From positions 23,098,912 through 23,162,911 of the forward strand of contig NC_092675.1 in assembly GCF_964355755.1 (NCBI RefSeq): a stretch of DNA of 64,000 bases, given 5' to 3'. The notes beneath the pieces were generated by a model. It saw nothing but the letters and a program-made list of their open reading frames with translations. It did no database searches and was not told the DNA's origin. Of this stretch, positions 1 through 12,500 are shown one piece after another (position 1 is the stretch's first letter; each line of letters begins with the position of its first letter). Both the position numbers and the translations under genes were made by a program. The DNA comes from Antedon mediterranea. Lineage: Eukaryota; Animalia; Echinodermata.

Positions 1-464
1 TGTTCCCATGTTATTGTCTAATATAAATGTGTATTTTTTTTTTATCACGACAGGGTTAGCAAATATAAATTGCTCCGATACTCTTTAATGTCTTTAATGG
101 AGGAAAGTGCTTAGGTTAGGAAAGTTTATTTCGCCGTTTTTGTCATTACCAAAAAGGCAGCTTCACAAGGAAATAAGATATCTTGCTATGTTACCATGAT
201 TATAATGGTAGCTGCATGAAGATGTGGATTGATTTGAGTTCAGCCCGACGACAAAAATACAATGATAAAAATGTCTTACCTATCATAGATTCTGGCGTCC
301 TTTTCTCTATTCTATAGTTAACCTATATAATATAAATATATACACAGTAATAGATATTTAATCACCTTGAAACAGCAATGTAATGTAACAAGCTCAATTA
401 TAGCACCTAACTCTTAAAGAAAGTTAAGCTACTCTATAACCTAAATACTCTTTTCCTATATTAA

Positions 465-572
465 GTGAGTCAAGTGGCCGAGCGGTTAAGGCAGGATCAC
501 CGTTTTACCATGCATCGATTCGAGGCCGTCTAGCTCCTAGTTCTGGTGGTGGAGGAACAAGTCTTCAGATAA
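465..572 (+). mobile_element. Truncated tRNA-derived SINE head
   Basis: A box GTGGCCGAGCGGTTAAGG, B-like GATTCGAGGCC, then GTTCTGGTGGT..GTCTTC.GATAA, as in the full copy at 15869. Confidence 0.65.
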
Positions 573-1050
573 TAGTGGGGAACCTAATGTTCCAAATATC
601 AATTCCGTGAGATTTTAATGCTCAAGTTGAGTTCTTGGCAGTTTTGGAATCCTTAAGACTAGTAGAATTCATTGCAACTAGGGGCCAATTTTCCCGACCT
701 AATTTGGCCGCCATCTTGGATTTCAAAATGGCCACCATTATTTAAAACTGATAGTAGCTCCTATTTTAAACCTCGTACGAAAGTGACAAATCTTACAAGA
801 TTATGATAAATCAGTCCAATGGTACAATTTATATATTAGTGGGGAACCTAATGTTTCAAATATCAACTTCATGAGATTTTAATTTTTTTTATTAATATAA
901 TTATTATAATAATAATATAATATTATTACAATCATATATAATTCTCAAAATTTACTGACAATGCAATACAAATAATATGTCAAACAACAATAACAATTAT
1001 TTTAACAATATTTATCTAAAGTTTAACTTCAAAGACGAATAAAAACATAC

Positions 1051-1158
1051 CCTAAGTCCAATGATGTATTTACCAGGAATTGGTTTCTTGGCTTTGCGTA
1101 ATGGTGCTAGGGTAGCACTGGCGACAACCACCAACAAGAGAAGACAAAATACACGCAT
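1051..1158 (-). CDS. First coding exon of a secreted subtilisin-like (S8, I9-propeptide) protease; downstream exons not seen in window
   Basis: MRVFCLLLLVVVASA (signal peptide) + TLAPLRKAKKPIPGKYIIGLR, resembling the IPGxYIV start of I9 propeptides. Acceptor ttctag| at 1167, donor |GTATGT at 1050. Confidence 0.6.
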
Positions 1159-1456
1159 GATGTAGTCTAGAACAAAACGAACATTTAAACAAAATTGGTA
1201 CAAATTACAATGTTATTTGTAAATTACACATTTTATATTATTCAAAAATCAATAAACATTAAACCTAAACTGGACTATGAATAATATTGACTGAAATGAC
1301 GACATCAATAAATACCTAGTATAGATGTCAATAAGATGATCAATCAAATCAACAAAACAATATGCAATGAACTTAAAACTTAAAACTTGAAATTAGGTAT
1401 GTCTAAATTAATACTATTACGAAAGAACCAATAACTGATCCTGTTGTTTGGCCTAC

Positions 1457-1522
1457 CTGATCAAATCTTGTCCTATAATGTGATTGAGAATGATGGTCCG
1501 ACGAGCTGCTGTCCTTTAAATA
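1457..1522 (-). promoter_or_regulatory. TATA/Inr core promoter and non-coding exon 1 of the protease gene
   Basis: TATTTAAA at 1522-1515; TCATTC initiator with its A at 1491, 31 nt downstream; then CAG|GTAGG donor at 1457/1456. Confidence 0.6.
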
Positions 1523-2623
1523 CTTCATTCTGTCCAGAGGCGTGGTAATCAATGGTACAATTTATAATAATAGCATATGGCAGCCATATTTTGATGATTA
1601 AATACATAAATGCATACATTATATACGTTTTTATTGGCGGCCATCTTGGAATTTAATGTGGTTGCCATATGCTATTTTTATAAATTGTAGCGTTGGACTA
1701 ATTTATCATAATATAGTAAGATTTGTCACACACATTACGTTCGTACGTGGTTTAAAATAGGAGCTATACTATCAGTTTTGAGTAAAAAATAGGGGCCATT
1801 TTGAAATCCAAGATGGCGGCCAAAGTAGGGATGGGAAAAATAGTCCCCAGTTGCAATGAATTATACTAGTCCTAAGGATTCCAAAACTGCCAAGAACTCA
1901 ACTTGAGCATTAAAATGTCATGGAATTACATTAGGTTCCCCACTATTAGGAAAAATCTGCATATCAAGCAAACTGTTCCGGTTTCGAATTTCGATTTTGG
2001 TGACTTTTCGATCTTTATCGTTTTGAATTTTTCTGTGCCTGTGATGAGTATATGTATAATATAAATATAAATTGAATTGAATAGATATACAAATATTTTA
2101 ATATTGATGTATAAAGTTATTTTAAATCTTTTTATTAGTATAGATATATACTTTAAAAAAAAGTTTTACGTCCGGGTAAGAAGAGCCAAAATACTTTTTT
2201 GGACTTGCACAGTGTATGGACTCTAACCTTACGGTTTTAATTAATTTTTATCGTATTTTTATTGCCATTTTGTTACTTATTTTATATATTTAAATTACTT
2301 TTTTTGTATTTTTTAAATGTAAAATAACGAATGTAAATATGGTTTTAAAAACATCAAAATCCATCATTTTATGTATTATACAGCAAATTTTTTTATCACA
2401 ACTACTTTTAACGTTGTAACATATAAACGAGAGGAAAAAATATGCTTAAACAATATATTATTTATAACAGAGTATGATAATAAAAGTTTAAAAAAGTTAA
2501 TAGTCCTGTTTCTGTTTTTTATTTATTATTATCGGTTGATAACCATTATGTTAGTCAGGATCTTTTTTTTTTTTTTTTTTGGTTATCAGCAACTTTTATT
2601 GCGGATAACCCTTATTATTGTCA

Positions 2624-3442
2624 TAATGGGGAACCTAATGTAATGCCGTGAGATTTTAATGCTCAAGTTGAGTTCTTGGCAGTTTTGGAATCCTAGTAGA
2701 ATTCATTGCAACTGGGGGCCAATTTTTCCCGACCGTACTTTGGCCACCATCTTTGATTTCAAAATGGCCCCTATTTTTTACTCAAAACTGATAGTAGCTC
2801 CTATTTTAAACCACGTACGAACGTAATGTGTGTGACAAATCTTACAATATTATTATAAATCAGTCCAATGGTACAATTTATAAAAATAGCATATGGCAAC
2901 CACATTGAATTCCAAGATTGCCGCCAATAAAAACGTATATAATATATACATTTATGTATTTAATCATCAATATATGGCTGCCATATGCTATTATTATAAA
3001 TTGTACCATTTGATTTGATCATCTTATTGAAATCTATACTAGGTATTTATTGATGTCGTCATTTCAGTCAATATTATTCATAGTCCAGTCTAGGTTTAAT
3101 GTTTATTGATTTTTGAATAATATAAAATGTTTAATTTACAAATAACATTTAACAATAACATCAAACAAATTTGTACCATTTTTTTTTTAAATGTTCATTT
3201 TGTTCTAGACTACATCATGTGTGTATTTTGTCTTCTCTTGTTGGTGGTTGTCGCCAGTGCTACCCTAGCACCATTACGCAAAGCCAAGAAACCAATTCCT
3301 GGTAAATACATCAATGGACTTAGGATATGTTTTTATTCGCCTTTAAAGTTAAACTTTAGATAAACATTTGTTAAAATAATTTTTATTGTTGTTTGACATA
3401 TTTATATTGCATTGGAAGTACATTTTTGAGAATTATATATGA
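2624..3442 (+). repeat. Inverted segmental duplicate of ~932-1948 (foldback arm plus gene fragment)
   Basis: Base-by-base reverse-complement similarity, with one ~200-bp internal deletion. Confidence 0.85.
3217..3324 (+). pseudogene. Inverted duplicate of the protease first coding exon, inactivated
   Basis: Near-identical peptide (MCVFCLLLLVVVASATLAPLRKAKKPIPGKYINGLR). The donor is mutated GT>AT at 3325 and the promoter/exon 1 segment (equivalent to ~1348-1548) is deleted. Confidence 0.75.
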
Positions 3443-4179
3443 ACATATATACTTATTATGAAGTAGTACTTAGTTGGTAGGAACAGATTGCTAGCCTTGT
3501 CTTCATACTTCTCTGTATCCTGAGATACACGAGACTGTCATCTGTGCGTGTTTTCTTTCTTCTTCTTTCTTTCCACGATTTTTGCGGCGGACAGCATATC
3601 TCCAAATATTTGTGAACATAACTTTGCATAACTATGTCAAAAGATTGACTTTGAAGTGTAGATGTACAGCCAAGCTTTTTGACGACTTTATGAATTTCTA
3701 TGAATAATCATAACTTTAGAACAAACAAATATTTTTTAAGGAAACTTAATGAAATTTATAATTCATATCATTCAAATCCATATCATGGGGAAAATTTCTA
3801 TGGAGTAAAAAAAGCGGGTTCAAACGAAATTTCGCGCGTAAAAATTAATTTCTAATAAATTTTGAGATTTTTCACGTTTTGCGCACAGCTCGTACAAAGC
3901 GTAGAAACATGTTTATTTGCAATTGATTTTTGTTTTTCTTACCGTACCTTCTGTAGAAGATTTCATTCAAGTTCATGAACTTTAATTGCAAAATAATAAC
4001 TCTTCAGGATGGCAGGTTACCCCGTTTTTTAAAATGTATTATGGAAGCTAATGAGTTGTAGATATCAATTCATTTACATTTCCTACCTACAAGGATGTTT
4101 TGACTTCACCATAATATGGCCACTCGAATTTTAGAAATTGATTTTTGTTCTCTTTTGTAGGCCTACTCGTTAATCCCAT

Positions 4180-4660
4180 TTAAAGATGTATTGTCCCTTT
4201 GAATAATTCCAAAAAAAATAAAAAATAACAAGATTTCGAAAAAAGGTGGATCATTTTGAAGTATCATAATAGTTATTAAGTTTCACCTAAAATTAATCGA
4301 AAAAAAATCATTTAACTGAAATACGTACAGACGTTTTTTTGATCAAAACATATCCCATAATGAAACGCGCTTGTTTGGCTACTCGGTATGCATAATCATA
4401 AAACTTCCTGGCGATCTGTGTGAAAACACCTTCTCAACCGTGACGAGTTGTAACAATCTTGAAATCTTTGTTTACTTTCGCTCGCGACGATTTTCCAGAC
4501 GAAATGTAATCAAACTAATTTACCTGTTAGTTACGTAAACTTGTTTTGTTTGGCTCGAATTTTCGACTTAAAGTGAATAACTTTAATATTACTTTGATAT
4601 GGCCAATTTAAATTTAGAATATTTTGACATTCATTTTTTGTGTTTCAAATACATCTTTAA
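4180..4660. mobile_element. Kolobok-like MITE (TTAA|AGATGTATTGTCCC...AATACATCT|TTAA)
   Basis: TTAA-flanked termini; the internal part is repeated directly at ~8070-8581. Confidence 0.6.
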
Positions 4661-4927
4661 TAAAGCGCATCGCGCTAAAGCGTTCCAAATTTTCTCCTAC
4701 ATTTTTATATGTTCTTGCTAAATCAATTTTCTTGATGAGTTAAAAACATTTATATTTTTATTACGTCGTCGTATAAAAAAAAAATAGAGTGAGTTACGTG
4801 AGTTACTTAATTTCATCTATACAGTATATTTTAATCTGTTATATCTCATCGGAATGAAAAGTGACCTACGTGATTAAACGTATTATGGAAGTTGTTGAAT
4901 TGTAGATATGAATTCATATATAAATCA

Positions 4928-5390
4928 CACTGTCAAATTATTGAAGCAGTGCTCATATTTGGAACATGATCTCATAATCGCGTCAAGCATAGCTCATCAG
5001 CTCGCGGTGAAATTTCCATAATTTTAATTGTATGAAAAAATGTCGCTGGCGGGATTCGAACCTGCGATCTCTCGCTTACAAGTCGAGTATCATACCACTA
5101 GGCCACAGAGCCAGATTTTCACCCACCTGATACATTCTCTCATACAACAAACGTACTCACAATCAGTGGAGGCTTAACTAGTCAGAATAAATTCCAACTT
5201 TAATACGCAACGGTTTAAAACAAATAATATTGTGTACATGTATTGTGTTGCGTAGCACTGTGTAAATTATATATAAATCATACTGTCAAATTATTGAAAC
5301 GGCGGGATTCGCCGATGAGGTATGCTCGACTGCGTGATTATAAGATCATGTTCCGAATATGAGCACTGTTTCAATAATTTATATACAGTG
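4928..5390. mobile_element. Non-autonomous TIR element (CACTG...CAGTG, ~70-bp TIRs) containing a tRNA-like sequence
   Basis: CACTGTCAAATTATTGAAGCAGTGCTCATATTTGGAACATGATCT.. is matched by ..AGATCATGTTCCGAATATGAGCACTGTTTCAATAATTT..CAGTG; partial left-end copies at ~5270 and ~5675. Confidence 0.7.
5041..5112 (-). pseudogene. tRNA-like sequence (Thr-TGT-like anticodon loop), probably a pseudogene or SINE head
   Basis: GGCTCTGTGGCCTAGTGGTATGATACTCGACTTGTAAGCGAGAGATCGCAGGTTCGAATCCCGCCAGCGACA then TTTTTT. A and B boxes are intact; the acceptor stem is poorly paired. Confidence 0.7.
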
Positions 5391-5852
5391 TAGCATAGAT
5401 GAAATTACAAGACCCATCTTTTTTTAAATCCAATTATTAACACGATGACGTCATCAAATTGACGTATAAAGATTAACTATAGTAGAAGATAGTATCTGAA
5501 TAAACACACTAATGAAAATTTGAAGGATTTTGGGCACGTAAAAGTTAGATGCGTTGTTGTCTTTTAAAGGCGATGAGCTTTTACGAAAGAGATGAAAATC
5601 TGACTTTTTGAATTTAACTGGCCATTATGATGACGTCATGACATCAGATAGACAACATTTGTATATGAATTCATATATAAATCATACTGTCAAATTATTG
5701 AAACGGTGCTCATAGAAATTACCAGAATGTTTCACCAGATACATGTGATGTTTATATAAATAAAAGTATCTCTTCTGAGATCCCGCCTCGTGAATAAAAT
5801 ACTGAAAGATGAGGGCGTATCAATTTGATCTCTGGTGCGCGTGCGTACAATT

Positions 5853-6180
5853 GAGGGACTAGTGCTGTTCCGCCGTACCACGCCGAGAATGTTAAAGAGT
5901 CGCTATCCAATCGAGTTTGAACAATACCATGAAAGCCCCAGTGGTCTAATGGTTAGGACATCTCTTGATGTAATCAAGCAGACGGTCCGAGTTCGAGCCT
6001 CGGTCGGGGCGACTTTTTCTCATTCTCACAGATTTCTGTCGTTTCAAACTAATTAATTATACCGACCAAGAACTCATTGCGATTGTGGTACACGGCGAAG
6101 AAAAAGAAAGAAAGAGAAAGAACTCATTAACGACTCTTTAACACTTTCGGCGTGATACGGCGGAGCAGCACTAGTCCCTC
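5853..6180. mobile_element. Non-autonomous TIR element (~50-bp TIRs) containing a tRNA-like sequence
   Basis: GAGGGACTAGTGCTGTTCCGCCGTACCACGCCGAGAATGTTAAAGAGTCG is matched by CGACTCTTTAACACTTTCGGCGTGATACGGCGGAGCAGCACTAGTCCCTC. Confidence 0.75.
5935..6011 (+). pseudogene. tRNA-like Pol III cassette
   Basis: GCCCCAG-TGGTCTAATGG (A box)...GAGTTCGAGCC (B box)...CGGGGC followed by TTTTT; the anticodon arm is non-canonical. The 3' half is duplicated at ~6192-6276. Confidence 0.6.
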
Positions 6181-7769
6181 TTTGTTTTGAGCGGTCCGAG
6201 TTCGAGTCTCGGTTGGGGCGACTTTTTCTCATTCTCACAGATGTTCTCATCTTTATCGTTTCAAATTAATTAATTACATTTCAGTATATCACCATTTCGA
6301 ATTAATGTTCATTGCCTAATGTGTGTGTATATATATATATATCATCTATAAATAAAATTTAATTATGGTTAATTCTGACATTGGAAAACCTTCGGTACAA
6401 ATCCATCTATAAATAATGGTTAATTCTGACAATGGAAAAATTTCGGTAGAAATCTCCGCCGTGGATACTTACCTGATCTATCTCAGATGTACCGCGAAAC
6501 GTAGATTTGATAACATTAATTTCCACTATTACGATATTGTTCCATATTTCTATCTTAGGAAGATAAATTATTATAAAGGGTTTTATAAGACAATTTCTGA
6601 TTCAATCGGTAAATTTTAACTCTACGCGCGGTAGAAGTAATTTCCGGGTTCACGGTAAGGTGTGTCAATCACCTTGCAACTTCCCTGCATGGTTGGTTTC
6701 AACCAGGGAGTTCCTCAACTAAGTTGGCCGTTGGTGCTTGTATTGGTGGCGATAGCCATTTTGTTTTTTTGTTTATTTTCGGACCGCGCGTGTGAAGGTA
6801 TAGTAGTATAAAGATCAAATTAATTATATTCATAAAACATAGGAGTAAATTCTGAGAAATTATTATATAAAATTACATCAAGAGAACTGATGATAAGAGC
6901 TTTTGTTTGAAATCGAATGAAACCCCGATAGCCGAGTTGTTGAGTAAACTACCAGGACTTTATCCTCCTAAAACATCCTTTATCATAAAACATAAAATAC
7001 TTGCAGATATTGTCGAGTGCAATTCGAGATCTAACATTGTATTTCATGTTTTAAAAATAAATTTACATAATAATTACAAATTAGCAATTATTCAATTCAT
7101 TCAAAGATGTAATCCTGTAATATAAGATACAATGTTGAAAAAACGACAAATATAGTTAATATTAAATTATGATTATTTTAAGTGTAAAATCGATCGCATA
7201 CTTTGGTAATCGCACTCGTGGATAACATTCTATTTTTTTCTCCTTTTTTCATCTTACCATTTATTGGTCCTCTGTGGTTTTCCTATATAACTATGCTTTC
7301 GGTAATCCTTAAAATATAAATACTCGAAATAATAATTAAACAAAAATAAACAGCCGAAAGCACAAGCATTTATGCCGAATGCTATGTTGATGACATGTAT
7401 GCAGGTGCGGATAAAAACCGAGATGGTAAATCAACACATCAACCAGCCTGGCGTCACCAGCGAAGCATGCCAGTCCATTCCAAAAATGACGTTACAATGG
7501 GTTTACCGGACGATGCAAATGATTTTCAGTGGTATGTCAAGTCAGGAAATTTATAAAAAAATCTTTATTAGCAGGTACGGACCAGACTGAACATGGATAA
7601 GTTTTGGCGAGAACTTATTACCTCGGTTGAGTGTCAAGCCAAACAAATTAAAGACTCACATGCTGAGTAAATTGATGAGACCACTAGACAAGGGCTTACG
7701 ATTAAGTATACAGGGTAGCAAAACAAGCGGTCAAAACAGATTTAAATCTTGAACAGTGATAAAAATAAA

Positions 7770-7826
7770 TTGGAGATATATTCAATAAGAAATAATATTC
7801 GGATTGTTGGCTACAGGGAAGAAAAA
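7770..7826 (+). mobile_element. Decayed LINE ORF1 remnant (probably extends back to ~7370)
   Basis: LEIYSIRNNIRIVGYREEK matches the LE.YSR.NN.RI.G..E motif of L1/L2/CR1-type ORF1 proteins; flanks contain stops. Confidence 0.5.
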
Positions 7827-7954
7827 TGGTGAACATAGGCCTATAGAAATTGTTTTCGAACATTATGATGATAAGATTTTTGTTTCATTATACTAAAACA
7901 GTTGACCGAAATGGTTACATCATACATACATGCTCAACATATCAACAATTATTC

Positions 7955-8046
7955 TACATGGCTGCAGTCGCGTGCTCATAAAAGTTAGTGTTTACCGACC
8001 CACCGAACGACCAACCAACCGACATAGTGAGCTGTAGACTTGCGTT
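7955..8046 (-). mobile_element. Helentron/HINE-like short element with (CCGA/CCAA) microsatellite
   Basis: Reverse complement of 9448-9527. Confidence 0.5.
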
Positions 8047-8069
8047 TAAATTTTATTTAAAAAAAAAAA

Positions 8070-8581
8070 AAAAGATTTCGAATAAAAGTGGGTCATTTTG
8101 AAGTATCATAATAGTTATTAACTTTCACCAAAAATTAGTCGAAAAAAAAATTCATTTAACTGAAATACAGACGTTTTTTGTTCAAAAAATAACTTTGACT
8201 TCCAGTCAAAGTTTTCGATCAAATCATATCTCATAATGCAAAGCGCTTGTTTTGCTACCCTGTATACTTAATCATAAAACTTCCTCGCGATCTGTGTGAA
8301 AACACCTTCTCAACCGTGACGAGTTGTAAACAATCCTAATTAGCATCATGCATAATGCATACTCGTGGTTTGAAATCTTTGTTTATTTTTGCTTGCGAAG
8401 ATTTTGTAGACGAAATGTAATAAAATTAATATACCTGTCAATTACGTAAACTTCCTTGTTGTTTTTGGCTCGAATTTGCAACTTAAAGTGAATAATTTTA
8501 ATATTACTTTGATATGGCCAATTTAAATTAAGAATATTTTGACCTTCATTTTTTGTGTTTCGAGGGACAATACATCTTTAA
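8070..8581. mobile_element. Second copy of the Kolobok-like MITE at 4180-4660
   Basis: Direct similarity to 4230-4660; ends GGGACAATACATCTTTAA. Confidence 0.6.
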
Positions 8582-9423
8582 GTTATCATTTCGTTAATTG
8601 GATAAAAATCCGGATAACAATCCGGATAATAATCGTAATGAAACTTAATCTCGAGCTGGATATGCGGTCTCTTACTATACTGAGGAGCTGCGGTAAGCTT
8701 GGATATTGTGTTCACATATCTATAACCATATACGTCTATTTAAGATTTGTATTGCTCTGAACATGTTTTGAATACGGTTCGTATAAGAGCAGACTTTTAT
8801 AAGCACACTGAAACATGGATTGGCAAAAAAATTAGGAATAAATTACGTTAATAATAATGTGTAAAATACTTTGTGAAGGCATTTCTAAACTTCAAGATCC
8901 TATATTTACACTGTTAGCAGTGGAAATAGACAGCTGGTGTATATAGTTCATTGAAAAAACATTTTAAGGAAGCGAATGGTATTTCTTTTTATTTAATTAA
9001 AAAAACTGTAATAGTTGTTAGGGTGTATTTATTATTATATATTAACCTCGACCTTAAAGGGGAAATTCAAGGTGTCACATCAGTGGGTACGACGTCCGTT
9101 TTCATTTATGCTATAGGCGACACCATTTTTTATCACCAGTTGAAATCTGTGAGCCCTAACATTTTTATAGTATATAATTGTCCCTCGGAATTTGTTTTTA
9201 AATTTGTTTGTTGCAATTTTAATGTCACAGAATTGATTTTTACCAAAATTGGGATCGCAACAAAATTATCTACCTGATAAAACGGTAATTTAGGCTAAAG
9301 CAAACACAATTTCAAATGGGGTTATAGTTAATTTTTCCGAATTGTTTTTGTACTTTTATTTATGAAATGTATTTGAAAGCCCTAGTGTTTTGTTTTTTTA
9401 TTGTGTAATTTCTTTTTCTTCTA

Positions 9424-9527
9424 TTTTTTAATCGCGTACGTGCGTGCAACGCGACTCTACAGCTCACTATGTCGGTTGGTCGGTCGGTCGGTAAACACTA
9501 ACTCAAATTTGCGACTGCAGCCATGTA
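9424..9527 (+). mobile_element. Helentron/HINE-like short element
   Basis: TTTTT..CGCGT..GCAACGCGACTCTACAG..(GTCG)n..GCGACTGC, with subterminal inverted motifs typical of DINE-1/HINE-like elements. Confidence 0.5.
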
Positions 9528-12500
9528 TATGGCATTTTTAATTGTTACATAGGACATCACATATTTTTTTGCTTATAACTATGTTGATATGCTTTTGCCA
9601 ATATAATCTTTTAAACACTATCCTCTATTTTTGATATATTATATGTATTCATCTTTTCCATTTATTGTAGACCTCGAATGAAACATTGTATTTATTTATT
9701 TAACTTCTTTTTTTTTCAATAATAGTCAGTATAATTCTAAGTTTTTGTTAATATTATCAATACTGTAAATAATAAATGTATATATTTTTTTTTTGTAAAA
9801 ATCACTGTACTATACACGTTGTTATGGTTATTATTATGAATTTACGATTGATTGAAAAAATGTTCACAAGAAACACATCTTTACATTCACAGTTTATTTT
9901 ATCATATTTTGTATAGTATAAGCCTATATCATCATAATAGCTATACATACTTGTTGTAAATAGACATATTTTGTTTCATTTAATATCCTTAAATGGTTTT
10001 ATTTGTAGTATAATGAGATTGTCAGTAGAAGGTTTAGTCGTTTTTGGGTATAAACCTGAACTTGGCATAGACAAAATGCAGATACTTCTCTTTTAATTGA
10101 CAGTAATTTACCGGCTGTTGGGATTTGTTGCACTCCTCTTTGAGATTAGTCATCGTTAATAATTGTACCCAAGGTTGTCCCTCCCATCCACTTATTTTGG
10201 CACCAGTCAAAATGAAGTCACGAATGTTCCAAAATTTGGTCAGACTGTCCTTTGAACCGGAAATATCTGATATAATTTAATGTATCTAGATAAGTTCGTG
10301 TCAAACTTATTTATATAAAGTATTGCTAAATCATAATGTTATTTTGAAAAAAGAAATAATCTTGTAAAAAAGATATGTAATTATGGAAACTGCATAATGT
10401 ACGTTTCTACAACTCTAAAACATTTATTATTGTTACTTAGGATTGTTTAAAGAAAATAAATTAAAATTTGGTTTTAAACGTTTAAACGTTATTCAAATTT
10501 GCTTGCACCGTGTTGATGACTCTAAATAACTAATTTAATTAGAATTACCAACTTCCTGTAGCACTTTTTATATAATTAACCACATTTACTGGAATAACGA
10601 CTTCATAAGAGACGCCGGTGATATGGTAAATACGAAGTGTGAATGCGTTGGATGACATGAGGTTGTTGATAGTTGAGATTACATCTGCAAGAAGATTGTG
10701 ATTGTGTGTCTACACATGTCCACAAGTGTTGATTTTTTCGAATCATATTGCTACAACATCCCTGTTTCTGAAAGCAATTGGATTCCGATTGTATTTCTTA
10801 TCCGATTGACAAACGGATTGAGATAACTGTTCGAAATATCATGAGAGTACGGCAGGATGATATTAGTTTTCAACACTGTGATTGCATAGTATGCTGGTTA
10901 ACTTCATATGGTTTTCTTTTTACTGGCGCCCATCGACACGGAAATGTTAATTATAAACAATGTCATCAGTAACGAATGGTAGATACAGTAATGCAATTCT
11001 GCAGTATACGAATAGAGGCCACAGCCTTTCACGTTTATTTGATTTTTATTCTGTTTAGTACAACATTTTGGCATAACATTTAAATGAGATATGAACTATT
11101 TAGACCAGTGTATAAGAGCAATTAAGTAATTGAATTAATAATTTGCTTTTGGGAATAATGAGTTCCGACAGATTTAAGCGCTTGTCATACCGACTCTTTG
11201 TCAAAGGTCTGTGATCAAAATGCTTAATGTTAGATCTAGCATGCTATCAGAATAAAATTATTATTATTAATTAAAAATACTATTTAAACGAAAAGTACAC
11301 CGGTAGGTAATGAAACATAATAATGTGCACAAATTAAACTACGAATAGGCCTCTAATTTTTACATGTAAATCATAATAGACAAAGGCATCTTCTTGCCAT
11401 ATTCATTCAGCAAAAGTTAGTTAGAATTCTTCTTCTACACTATGTATCAATATTGATACCAGTATCTATCTATTTTATCATACCAAAATAAAAATATACA
11501 AAAATAAATTTGAGTCTTAGTGATATTATAATCTTTAGGACAGTTGTAGTAGGCCTATATTCACAGCTGTTATATTGCATATAAAATCGTCATTAGAGTA
11601 CATTGTAGATTGGAACTCTTGTATCGATGTATTGTCTTAACATTGATGTATTTATTGTAAAATGATGTTGTTGTTATCGACCGTCAGTTGCAGCTTTTAA
11701 CCCTTATGTAGTGTGTTTTTTTTTTCAAGACTATTGCGATTGTGTGTCTACGCAAGCGTTTCCTTTTCCTTGTCTTTTACGCATAAGCTTCATTTAAATT
11801 TTAAAGATATAGCCTATTGTTCCCTAAATAATATATTTTTTAATGTGCCATTTTAATGTCACAATAGTTATTCACTTTGACCAAAAACTGGATCAAAAGA
11901 AAACAATTTAAAGCAAAAATACCTAAATTGTCTGTCAGAAAATTGTTTTTGGTTAAAATTAAACGTTTCTTTTGTCTTTTTATAAGTGAAATAATAATTG
12001 TTTTTGTTTTTTTTTTACAAACGTGAATAACGTTATTAAAACTGCAAAAAGGCCAATTTAAAGTCTGATTTTATTAATCCTTATTCTTCATGTTTTTTTG
12101 GGGTACACTGCATCTTTAAACATATAAGGTAAAAAAATGCATTCTTATCGTTTAGTTTACTATTTGGTATATACCACGTGGGTATAGATGTAATAAGACA
12201 ATGATGTGCTGAGTAGCTTTGCTGTCAAACTAACATAATTATACTACTGTGTGTAATAGTAGAAATAGTATTGTTACAAATTTCATGATTTAAACAAACG
12301 ATTACAAAAGTCAAATTCCTCATTTTATTCACAGATTGACAGAACTAAGCTAGCAAAACATGCTTATAGACAGGTAAAGGAAGAAATTAAAATATACTAC
12401 ATTGACTTCAACTACATTTCCTACTAATCTCAATCTTACTAGGCCTAATTTGATTTGTTCGATATGATGTGTGGATTTAAACCAAAATAGCTCGATGTAT

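Larger units (their letters stand above)
570..1948. mobile_element. Foldback/MITE-type arms (TAATAGTGGGGAACCTAATG...CATTAGGTTCCCCACTATTA) enclosing the protease 5' fragment
   Basis: 570-836 and ~1550-1948 are inverted copies of the same ~270-400 bp sequence; a further truncated arm starts at ~838. Confidence 0.7.

Noticed and set aside
280-322. Next exon of the protease gene (VNYRIEKRTPESMI)
   Set aside because: Splice sites are plausible but the peptide does not resemble the I9 propeptide continuation.
5041-6011. Functional tRNA genes
   Set aside because: The acceptor stem (5041-5112) or anticodon arm (5935-6011) is non-canonical and both lie inside TIR elements; kept only as tRNA-like.
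10105-10690. Possible - strand exons (ISGSKDSLTKFWNIRDFILTG..; DVISTINNLMSSNAF..)
   Set aside because: Splice phases do not join without a stop and I recognise no homology.
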